Shown here: one piece after another, positions 1-11,485 of the stretch
Layout: each line of letters begins with the position of its first letter
How positions within the stretch are numbered: position 1 is the stretch's first letter
Assembly (NCBI RefSeq): GCF_036588685.1
Contig: NC_086380.1
Location: 11,222,001 to 11,286,000 of the forward strand
Origin: Mytilus trossulus
Lineage: Eukaryota
Length of the DNA: 64,000 nt
Direction of reading: 5' to 3'
Made by a program: the position numbers and the translations under genes
Notes under the pieces: model-generated
The model's input: the letters and a program-made list of their open reading frames with translations, nothing else
Databases searched by the model: none
Told to the model about the DNA's origin: nothing

Positions 1-241
1 ATATTAACGTTATTTCCATCGTTATCCTTTTAAATATTTACATTTAAGCAGCAAGCATAAACTTTTATTATATATTTTTACCAAACAACATAATATTTAC
101 CCTGGTCGTAGTTTTTAAACTTATCAAATATGAAATGTAATATACAAACTCCTCGGGGAGGAAACGGGAACAACCAAACAGTCTTACGGTTTTTTCGTAC
201 GCTTCGACCTATAAATATATTGTATGTTTCATGTTAGAATC

Positions 242-403
242 GAAATAATTCCTTCATGTCATGCTCTATGCTCATTTTAACATGGGTAGGCATTATATTT
301 GACCACATTTTACACCTCGCTAACGCTCAGTGTAAAATATCGACAAATATAATGCCTACCCATGTTAAAATGAGCATAGAGCATGACATGAAGGAATTAT
401 TTC
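242..403. mobile_element. Foldback/MITE-like palindrome (~160 bp)
   Basis: gaaataattccttcatgtcatgctctatgctcattttaacatgggtaggcattatattt (242-300) is perfectly mirrored at ~345-403; imperfect centre; no TSD seen. Confidence 0.7.
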
Positions 404-584
404 TTAAATAAAAAATGTTGAATGGAAAAAACGGTCAAAGATATTTCAAATTGTGACGCGTGTACCGAATTTCCCGCCAACTTTAAAAGATTACTGTCTA
501 GAGTTATGTTTTCTTTACTGCACCTTCAATCGATATACTGTATAGACACATCAACTCAACAATTCCTATAAAATAGTAATTACA

Positions 585-3500
585 ATGGCAGACTTAGCCT
601 TGGGAACATGGAATATGGCAGAATCTCATAATTTTGATGATTATATGAAAGCATTAGGTAAGGTATTGCGGGATAGATATAATGTATTTCTGATAATGTA
701 AATAATGTAAAATTTAAGATAATGTATTAATAATATTATGGATTGCATGTTTTCATTGTGTACTCTTAAAACTGACTTTATCAGCTGGATATCTACTTAA
801 TCATTGAATCTGGAAGATAAACTTATTATGTGAATATTTTTCTAGTGATTTAAAATTATTTGTTTTTTCCTCTGTTGTTTTTATACGTGTTTAAAAGTGG
901 CTACTTCTTAAGCATGTTAAGTGGAGATCAAAGGTTTTTATATATGAATTTGAGAGGGTATGGTACACGTGTACGATATCATAAATTTGATCATAATCTA
1001 ATGCATATTTTAATGCACGAAAGTAACATAAAACAAATAGAGGAGATTAAATGCGCAGATCTTTAAATATGGATTTGTGGAAAATGTAAAAAATATATGA
1101 TTCAACAGTTTTATTTCTAGACAAGGCTAGACAAATGCTTTAATAAAGTCTATATAACCACTTGTTACATGAAAGATATATGTAGCATTATAAAACACAA
1201 GATAACAACACGGACCACTCTATAAAGAGTTATGTCTCTCATAAAACATGTTTTTAAGATATAATACAAATGCAAGTCAACTATCACGAGTATGAAATAT
1301 ATCACATGTTCGCTTTAATAAAGTTTCATTGCAGATTTTGGCAGAATAATACCATATTTTCATTTGTAAAAAGAAATATCAATGTTTCCTTACCGGACAT
1401 ATGTAAAAATTCTGATCATCTACATCATAGTATGACAATTTGACAGACAACTCATGATTGTTTCCGTCATAATCATACATGGAACTTAATTTTAAAATTT
1501 TGTTTTCGTATTGAAATAGTTTTATGCAACACAACATTATTTACAAGACCCTTTTTTTTTTAAAGGAAAACAGGTGTACTTTTATTTGTTAAAAGTTTAC
1601 TACAGTATTTTGTTTCGGTACAATAGTTAACTTGATAACCGATGACCATTATATAAGTCATTTATCTTTCTGTACTGAGGATAGTCCGGTGACTTTTCAC
1701 CTGACCTGTCAAATCAAATGGACACGAATGTTATTAATATAGGGCACGACCCTTTCTAACAATTACCCTATTAGATAATAGACACACGGTCAGCTTGATC
1801 TACAGTTGAAGGTAACGAAATACAAACCTCCTCCAACGCCCACTTTCCATTTGGAGAATTTCAATTAATTTAAACGTAGAAAGTGAAATACAAAAATACA
1901 AAATGCTTGAGATGTATAGCTACGATGATATGTTAGTGAAAAGTATTCCAAAACAGTAATATAAATGATTGACATGTTTTCTAAAAAAAATGTAATCCAC
2001 TCATTTAAAAAAGCTGTAATATTTGTTCTGTCTATGAAGAAATAACATAACAAATGTGGTGCACACTAAATAACCCGGCCGCGTAGCGTGTTATTTTAAA
2101 ATGTGCACCAGATTTTTTTTATGTTATTGCGAACAGACAGAAAAGATATTAGTCATTTCTTATACTAGTAATTTCATTTCAAATTTCATTTCAAACCGGA
2201 GTTTTAAAACCATGAAAAAAACGTTGATGACGTCACGGTCACATGACAAAATTATGTCTATGAGCTGATAAACAAAACAGCGTTAGACAATCAGAAGACG
2301 AACGGTTACATCCAAAATTAAATTATTGAAAAGTGACGATTCAACATTGCTCAATATGATTAAATATGGTGCATTTCCAATATGAACATAAATTCAGTGT
2401 TATGCAGTCAATATATTTTATTTCTTTTGAGAAAGGGGTAAAACTTGACATGAGTATTCCAAATCGTGCTCGCATATGTAACAACAGCGAACTATTTCAG
2501 ATATGAATTAAAAGTGTTTTGTGGAATATTTCCAATGCGACAGCAATCCAACAACACCCCACGCAAATTAAAGATACAAAAATCAACACACGGTACATTG
2601 GCAGACCAATAAATTGTTACAAGGTCCCACTGACTATCAAAAAGGGGACTCACTCCAGTTATGATTCAGTGATTCCTATATAATATCAACAAATTTTTTC
2701 CCAAGAAATGGGGGTTGGGGTCACCCTGGTTTCCTCTTCACACGCCACTGCGTTAGACATTTGTTATGTTTGCATGAAATATTGGCTACTGAACTTGACG
2801 CAAATAAAATCAATCAATTATATATAATATCATTCATTGAAAAGTGACGACTCAATTAATTTGATTTAATATGATGTCAAATAGTAATACTTGCTATACA
2901 GTCCATATTTTTAAATAATCTAAATTAATACCCCCAAATCGTGCATATGATTATTAAAACGTTTTATTTTGGATATACATGAAAAGATATATGTGGTATA
3001 TTTCAGTGCGACAGAAAATCAACACCGTCCCCACGCATGCACATAAAAACAGATTAACACAAAAAGACATTTTTTTCATTTATGCATGAAGTATTGGCCA
3101 CTGAACTTGGGACAAATACAATTCAATCATTAATTATACATCACTATAACAAATCAAATTATACTGGTCCTTTTCAGGTGTCGGGTTAGTAATGAGAAAG
3201 ATGGCAAACATGGCCAAGCCAACAATAGAAATATCTGTAGATGGTGACACCTGGACCATCAAAACTATAACTACTATTAAAACAACAGAGATAACTTTTA
3301 AACTTAACGAAGAATTCAATGAAACTACAGCAGATGGACGAAAAGTGAAGGTAACTAATAGACAATTTAACGACTTAAACTGGATTCTGTTTCTAAGAGG
3401 GGTGACAGGGGGGCGCTTATTTTCTAAATCCTTCTCAAAATCCCACTTTTACCCACTTTATCCCACATCCCGCTTCCCCCTCTATCCCACATTTCACCCC

Positions 3501-6133
3501 CCCCCCCTCTATCCCACATCCCACTTTCCCCCCTTTTTCCGAAATCCCACTTTCCCCTCTCTATCCCACATCCCACTTTCCTCCCTTTATCCCACATCCC
3601 ACTTTCCCCCCTCTATCCCACATCCCAATTTCGCCCCTCTACCCCACATCCCACTTTCCCCCTCTATCCCACATCCCACTTTCTCTCCCTCTTTCCCACA
3701 TCCCACTTCCCCCCTCTATCCCACATCCCACTTCCCCCTCTATCCCACATACCACTTTCACCCCTCTATCCCACATCCCACTTTCCCCCTCTATCCCACA
3801 TCCCACTTCCCCCCTCTAACCCACATTCAAACGTTTTGCCTTTATCCCATTTTCTAATTCATTGCTTAGAATTAGTTTAATGACTATAAAAACCATTGCA
3901 CCCTCATTATGTATTTCGAAGCAAATAAAAAGATCAAAAAGCATCATCGCATGACAATGTTATTTGAAATGGACTAAAACTAGCCAAAGTTTAAGCAGTA
4001 TATATGATCTATAACAAACAGAACATGATGCTGCATTTGATATAAAGTAACACATAGAAACCATTTCATGGATGCATTATGCTTTAATAAAACGATGCTG
4101 TGTTGCATGAAGGAGCTAAGCATTTGATTTGAATTATATGATTGTCTATTGTGTTACAGAGTATAGCACGATTGGACGGTAACAGATTAGATATTGAACA
4201 GAAGGGAGACTGCAATTCACTTATATCACGAGAATTTGATGGCAACACAATGACTCTGGTAAGTTATATGTAATGGTTATATTTAGTTTGGTGACAACAG
4301 TTATGCAAAGTCACAGGGTAGTGCATTGTAATATTTACAAATAGGCCAAACAGTATTGTTGTATGTGGTTTCTGGTTACAGCAGAATGCATTGAGTGAGT
4401 AGGTAAAGGTATACTATTTGGTTAGTTTTTCTTGTTCGCTGAACCGTGAAGTCATTATGAGGTTAGGTATACTATAAAATTGAGAATGGAAATGGGGAAT
4501 GTGTCAAAGGGACAACAACCCGACCAAATAAAAAACAACAGCAGAAGGTCACCAACAGGTCTTCAATGTAGCGAGAAATTCCCGCACCCGGAGGCGTTTT
4601 CAGCTGGCCCCTAAACAAATATATACTAGTTCAGTGATAATGAACGCCATACTAATTTCCAAATTGTACACAAGAAACTAATATAAAAATAATACAAGAC
4701 TAACAAAGGCCAGAGGCTCCTGACTTGGGACAGGCGCAAAAATGCGGCGGGGTTAAACATGTTTGTGAGATCTCAACCCTCCCCCTATACCTCTAACCAA
4801 TGTAGAAAAATAAACGCATAACAATACGCACATTAAAATTCAGTTCAAGAGAAGTCCGAACCCTTCTTTCGGAGTAGTCTAGTCCTTCAGACAGATATAT
4901 TTGTTATCTGTCGGACTAGTCTACTCTTAAATGAGGTTGTATATAAGATCCTTAAAATGACTTCACAGTAGTTCAACAAGTAAACTAGCTAACCATATAT
5001 ATTACCTTTACCTACACACGCAATGCATTTTGCTGTAATGAGATATAATGTTTACAGACCGGCAAGAAATAATTTTTGCTGATTTGTTTTTATACCCTTG
5101 TTGCTGTTGAAGATTATTGTATTTATTAACTGTACATGTTCAATGTGTTTTTACGTGTATTTGTATCAATGAATACTTCAGTAACGGGATAATTCACAAA
5201 GTTTCAAGAAAGACATAGAATCATATTCAAAACAGTGTGGTTCTGGCCATTGATTGACGACCTAAATTATCCCATCGACTGGGACAGATTAGGTGAACGT
5301 TTGTCGGTAACAATCACTGCTACTATATACTTTTTAAAGACACTGAATTTGTGGGGTCACCAATGGTTCTCAACACCTAAATAAAGCAATTCGAAAAACG
5401 AATCCGGAATAATCGATGTGTTGATTTATATCAATAATATAAATCAAAACATAAAGGTTATTCCTTAATAATTTTTCGAATTATTTTATTATTAAAGGCG
5501 TTAAGAACCTTCGGTGACCCCACAGTTTAAATTCTATAATAAGTAAGAAGTGAGCAATGGTCGTTACAGAAAAACGTTCACCTAATCTGTCACAGACAAT
5601 GGAATAATTTAGATCGTCAATCAATGGCCAGGACCACACTGTTTTGAATATGATTCTAGTTGGAACCGCGACTTACGTTTCTATTGGAGATACTTTTATT
5701 ATAAGTCTTGTGTTGTTGTAACGCGATAAACAACTATAGTTCCTTCAATTAAATGAATATACATGTTTCGTGCAAATGCTCATATGCCAAGAACATTTTT
5801 GTAAAAATCTACTACTTGCAAAATTGATGTGCTCGAAAAACTCGCGTATTAAAAAGAGACGACTGTGACAAAGTATTCTATGAGTATTGGCATAGAGAAT
5901 AGTTGTGTTACAACTTCGTGCAAAACAATGTAGCACTTTTAGTATTTGATAGCTTCTGAGCTATGCTTTCCAATTTGTCCATATATTTGTACGGCACAAA
6001 CGAACACATTTTACTTCCATTAATTATGTTAATTTCTTATGGGTTTTTTATTTATTAATTTTAGAAACTAGTTGCATATGATGGCGACAAAGAAGTTACT
6101 TGCACAAGAAAGTATTTGAAAGCCGAATCATAG
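585..6133 (+). CDS. FABP: Fatty acid-binding protein (iLBP family), 4 exons, 137 aa
   Basis: Exons 585-657, 3178-3350, 4160-4258, 6065-6133, all GT-AG. Protein [137 protein letters not shown]. GxW...[11 protein letters not shown] signature, TADGR and R-x-Y motifs; 73/173-nt exons typical of FABPs. Confidence 0.96.
1995..2325. mobile_element. Non-autonomous element with terminal hairpin; second copy inverted at ~41870-42172
   Basis: Palindrome aataacataacaaatgtggtgcacac...gtgcaccagattttttttatgttatt plus a gacgtcacggtcacatga...caatcagaagacg block; matching inverted copy at 41870-42172. Confidence 0.6.
2325..3135. repeat. Diverged tandem segmental duplication in FABP intron 1; first copy interrupted by a short MITE (~2597-2750)
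   Basis: Shared blocks attgaaaagtgacga (2325, 2836), gcgacag...ccccacgca (2537, 3007), tgcatgaa.tattggc.actgaactt (2771, 3083). Confidence 0.6.
3440..3830. repeat. C-rich ~23-25 bp minisatellite (ctctatcccacatcccactttcccc)n inside a short-TIR element (~3397-3905)
   Basis: About 15 degenerate units; flanked by gaggggtg ... caccctc. Confidence 0.85.
4474..4859 (-). mobile_element. Retroposon-like interspersed repeat, family A (common end ...cacattccccatttccattctcaattttat)
   Basis: Near-identical to 47310-47696; other copies at 12948-13029 (opposite orientation) and ~34989-35430. All share one end and vary at the other. Confidence 0.8.
5216..5658. mobile_element. Foldback MITE with long imperfect TIRs, TA-flanked (Tc1/mariner-like)
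   Basis: tagaatcatattcaaaacagtgtggt... mirrored by ...accacactgttttgaatatgattcta; arms pair over roughly 170 bp. Confidence 0.8.
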
Positions 6134-6632
6134 ACTTTTAAAGAATTAGACTAGAGCGTTGTTTTTGTGAGACGCTTTGTACAGTTGGCGCTAGAATATG
6201 ACATTAATCCGGTGTAAAGAGCTTAAAAGGAGAATCTGCAAAAAGCTTTATATGTACATAATATCATTAAAACATGTGATCATTGTAAAGACTTCGATTA
6301 TTAAGTAGTTTGTCCAAACCTAGCCAAAGCGGGAGCTCTCTTTCATGATTTGTTTTTCCTCAATTTATTTGGCCTTTTTAAATTTTTTTATTCGAGCGTC
6401 ACTGGTGAGTCATTCGTAGACGAAACTCGCGTCTGGTGCAAATATAAATTTCGATCCTGGAATCTATGATAATTTGCAATGTCACATGCATGCTAATCGA
6501 TGTCTTGTTTACCTAAATTTTCCCATTAAAGACAACATACTTTTTCTCCAAGTCTAGGACGATGAAAGTCATAAGATATAAAAATACATTTGAAAACAAT
6601 GTTTTAAACGTTTTTATTAAGTTAGATGATAC

Positions 6633-9296
6633 CTAAGCTAGACAAGCCTCCCTCTTAAGAATGGTAAGCTCTGGGTGCATACATCTTTGTAGTTCATATT
6701 CACATCTGCAATGTATAAAATAAAGCATGATTTCATCTAACTTTAGAGAAAGACAAACTATAGCGTAGTTCCATTAACACCATTTGGTCCGAGAACACAA
6801 TTAATTCATAGTGCATTTCTTTTAGAACATAAATGAAAATAAAAAAAATCCCACCTGCGCTTTCTCATGGAAACTTTTACAGTGTGTTGTACTACTTTTG
6901 GGACAAATTATATCAAAATTATAGAAAACTTCATCGCCTCTAACTCAAAATATGGACAATTTTATGTTTAGGGCGTCTTGAAATCTTTTGACAGCTTCCG
7001 AAGTGCTCATTTTCAACCTTTTTCAGCTGGACCAAATCACTACTTTCCTTTAAAATTCTGGACCCAAATTTTTTTACAGTGTAATTTTATCCCCCTACTT
7101 GCAATTTGAGGCATTAAACATGGAGAAATAAATTTGGAAGAGGTATAAAAATTAATGGCAAGTAACCCACTGTCAACACTAGGGACTATATTTGTGAACA
7201 ACGAAAAAATCAAGGGACGACAATGGTGGTCTCGGACCATTTGTTTTAATCTTACGTTATTATTGTTTTATACTGTTGAAAAAAAGTTAGTCAACAACTA
7301 GAATGTTTGCATGTAATATGAAACCATGTATGCCGCTTGTACTATCACATTTCTATGTTGATGAAATAGCGAATTTTTGCTCTTAAATCTTATTAGGTAT
7401 ACGCATAGACTCAGATGGAAGGCTTCCATGATTCGCGCCCTATGCGACACATGGCGCTAACGGGAGTTGTAAGTTGTAAGTATACGCATTTTATTAAAAA
7501 TTCTTCTCTTCATAATGAACATTGCTTTAAATGATTTTTTGTTGTTGTACATGTACTAATTTTGAGTCATGTATAGGTATCCTTTTCTTTTCTATTATAT
7601 GTACTATAAGGTTCAAGTTGGTATGACCACAAACCACTTTTCATCAAACAAATAACATATTTTAAACCAGAACATTAACCTTGAATAGGACAGGAGATCG
7701 CTCGAATACCGAAAAAAAAATCACTTGTACTATCGTAGGAAGGAATAGAAAGAACTGTCATGAGTGACAATGTCCTTACTGTATACTGTATTATTTCCAT
7801 GCTTTAAAGGACAATTCAACTTGAATCTTTAAATGCCTTAAATCTGATTTATAGTAGAAAATTCGTTTAATAGAAGTTTCACTGTTAAGAAAATTCATGA
7901 AATATTGATATGACATGTTATATTTGCCACTGGCCTTGTGGATATCAGGAATCCCTGAGTAATTATTTAAAGTTTAAAATATTTCCAAAACTTTTTTCCA
8001 TTCATATACGATTAGAGAAGGCAATATACTGTTCTTATTTATCTACAATGAAATATTTGTCACTGATCTATAATTTTTTATTACCCGCAATAGCCAACCA
8101 AAATAGGTCAAAAGAAAGGCTAAGGAGCTCGGTTTTACATCGTTCGATCGAGTGCTTGTCAATCGCAAAAAAAAACAACAGATGCTAACTCTAAACTCGT
8201 TCGATTAGAAAAAAAACTAAATTTTACTTGGTTCTTAAATTATTTTGATTTTGAATGGTATTCTAAAGTGCAGTGTAAATAGTGTTTTTGTCATACTCAT
8301 TATTGTATGTCTTTCCGTTTGAAGCACATATCTCAGCAATATCGTCGGGACATCCTTTCAGCAACAGCATTTCACATGTATACTGGAGTACGATCCATTC
8401 TCCGTGGGTTAGAGTGCCTTCTTGACTTTCTCCGTGACAGGTGCCATTGTGAGCTAGATGAATGGTTCTTACTCGGCAATGATTTTTGGCGAAGTCGCAT
8501 CTGTAAGAAAGAGACAAAATTCTAAAGTATGTTCAACGCCTACTTTAACATGCAAATCAAACACTTTACAGTTTTAATCACAATATACCTTATACAATAC
8601 ACTAGGAATGACTTTCGTTCGTTGGTAGTTTAGAGATTCATTTGACTGGAATTGCTCTGTTAGTGTACAATACAATGTTTATTGAATTATATTGAAGTTT
8701 CCTATATACACTTAATTAATTAATATTCTGTTTCTATTATAATACGTATTGTAAAACTCACTTATTATAATAAGTCATGTTGTTAGATCCGCACTGGGGA
8801 TCATATGGTTCACCAAAACAATGATGTCCAAGAAACATTGCACAACGATAACCTCTTCTTTCTCTCTCATATTCCTCCGCTAGGACGATCAAAACTAAAA
8901 AAAAAAGAAGACATAAATAGGTAGAAAGTCGGTGTTGGAATGTTTTTTTCAGCTTCCTCGTAAGAAGTCAAAAATTCAGATCAAATCATATTATGAAACA
9001 AATGAATTCCAACTCATGCAAGAATCACCCTCTTTTATCAGTATTAACCTATACTTGTTTTAATGTAACCATTGGCGGATTCAGAAATGTTTACTGTCTG
9101 ACTGCCTAAGAGGGGACCTGCTCAAGTCATGCTTCAATGATTCCCTATATAATAAACCAAACAGTTGTCCTCACAAAAGCACACCTCCCCCTAAAATCCA
9201 CCTCTGGTAACTTCTGGCGTCCTACCATAAATGTTTACAGCTACTACCAAATAAACAACAAAACAGCAATGGAACAAACCGCGAGAACAATTATAT
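6633..9296 (-). CDS. Two-domain Kazal-type serine protease inhibitor-like protein (5' end uncertain)
   Basis: Exons 8894-8762, 8500-8297, 6705-6633 splice in frame: VLIVLAEEYERERRGYRCAMFLGHHCFGEPYDPQCGSNNMTYYNKCDFAKNHCRVRTIHLAHNGTC...CEMLLLKGCPDDIAEICASNGKTYNNECEYELQRCMHPELTILKREACLA*. Candidate hydrophobic exon 9296-9226; AATAAA just after the stop. Confidence 0.88.
6785..7239. mobile_element. Non-autonomous DNA transposon with short TIRs
   Basis: tggtccgaga ... tctcggacca terminal inverted repeats; lies in the last Kazal intron. Confidence 0.6.
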
Positions 9297-11485
9297 CTAT
9301 TTAATTACATGATGAAAACGGACATTGAACATGAGGACTTTCTAAATATCTACATAATACCAAATGGAAAGGATACGACATTAACGATGTGTCAAAATAC
9401 ATCCTTCAATAATTAGCCAAAGCCATACCATATGCATGGTCAGCTATAACATCTAGGGATTACATAACGTTAAACAAAGTCAAAAGAAAATGATCTTTTT
9501 TAATTTCGAAATGTTACAAAACGATTGGCACTAAATGAAATTTTCAGTAAATCATTTAGTCAAGTATTTTATTATCACAGTATGTATTGAAACTATTTTT
9601 TCATCATACTAATTACCAATTGTGCTTTCCCGTCGTCTTTGTTTGTGAAAACGATATAACTTTTCGAAAGGGAAAACTTTTTTAAAGGGAGTGTTGAAAA
9701 CTTTTAAAGTAATTTTATAGAATTTGGTGTTCATCATGCTCATAGAATATCGGTGATAGAGTTTGGTTAATTTTTAAGAACTATACTGAACGGCTTTAGA
9801 AACACAACACTCATTTTGTTGATTTTTTTTTACCAAATCTTGTTTGATTTTCTTACAACTACTTTGCATGCTTATCATACTTCTTTCTCCGTACAAAAAA
9901 TCAAAATCTGACTTACCTGTGGTTATTGAACATACCGAATTTTTGAAGTCGCACGAATTTCTTAAAGAAATGAAAGATTGTTTCAGTTGTTTTGCTTTGT
10001 GAAACAGTTCTTCCAATCCTTTGCCTCACTTAAACCAGTTTAAAAATGTCGCATCTCCATTTTGCCAAGACTGAGAAACAAAAAACTGAATTACCCATTA
10101 AGAATACTGCAAACGTTAAAACATAAACATGCTGCAACCACACTGTATGACTTCAGAAACTCGTCTTACTGTCTTTCCGACAACGATACAAGTAGACAAG
10201 ATGTGTTGCTGACCACCAATGAACAGATTTAACGTTTAGAGACAATGAAACGTCAACAAAATTTGATTACGCAACGTCATTTGCCAGACATGTTTACGGC
10301 TGCAACGTCAACTGCTAATCAAATTGCCGAGTGCCATAGAGTACAGATTCATGCCATAAATGTTTCCCATCAACTGAATTGCCAAAGAATCGACTGGAGG
10401 AAAACCGTAAAAGCCACTAAGTTCCAACCGCATAATTGCCAAAACTAATTAATGGGTTGAACAAATGCAAAACCAGAAGGTGTAAAACAGAACCCAAAAC
10501 ATGTCAGACAGAATTCTTGACCTTTCTGACAATTATTTTGGCGTTTGTAACATGCAGTCATCGCTTTTGACGGGGACACATTCATTAAAGAATAACACAA
10601 AAATAATCTAGTGTTACGTTTCTAAAGTCGGTCAGTATATTTCCACTCGGGTCTTTTTGAAAGCTTTATATAGACACCTGCTGTTACTGAAGATATGTCG
10701 CTTGACCTCTAGATGTCATTTTGATATTTGAGTCGTCGCATTGCTGTCTCATTGACATTTTTTTTTGCATCTTCATTTATCTTATATATATTCTTGAAAT
10801 AATATTATTTTTTACTTACAAATGGCAGGCACAAGAAGGATTATGTATCGAAGCATCGTTACAATGGTGTACTGTACTCTCTTGTCTACCAATGTCAAAA
10901 ACTTGTGACAATATATCACGACTGCCTTATCTCAGAGATGTATATCTAAAGATTTTACATAAGATCCATGGAATGTTGTGTATAAAGGATCGAATTGTAC
11001 ACATTTTATTTCACATTTTCCATAGCCGTTGCGGTCATTGCAACACCATTAAAGGAATGCGCTTATCAATTATGATTTGTTAAACGAAACATGAACATGT
11101 AGTCCTATTAAGTACTCTGAAATGAACAATAGTATTTTGGAAAATTTCAAATTCTCCTGGAAGTTGTATCTTATATGGTGTTATACTTTTTGTAATGGTC
11201 TGCATGACTAATTCGATCAATCTGGTATGCATATAAACATGTAGTCAATAGTCTTTTACAAAAGAATCCTTAAATGCCAACATGCCGAAGTTTGATTATA
11301 AATACTAGAAGTCAAACAACAGGTATACATACTGTTGAATTCAAAAACATGTTCCCTCTATTGTTATGATCTGCCAGTTGCCTAGTTCTAGGTCACAAAA
11401 TCAAATTCCTAAGGTTATTTCTTCTCTTTATGATAACTTATCATTTGAAACAGAAGGATATTTTGAGCACGGAATTTATGTTGAA

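Noticed and set aside
3192-3857. 221-aa ORF with a Pro/His-rich tail
   Set aside because: Only 3178-3350 is FABP exon; the rest is read-through into an intronic minisatellite.
9917-10070. AG/GT-bounded minus-strand segment with one in-frame TGA (SWQNGDATFLNWFK*GKGLEELF...)
   Set aside because: No recognisable selenoprotein motif or SECIS, and its phase does not join the Kazal exon; may be a UTR exon or chance.
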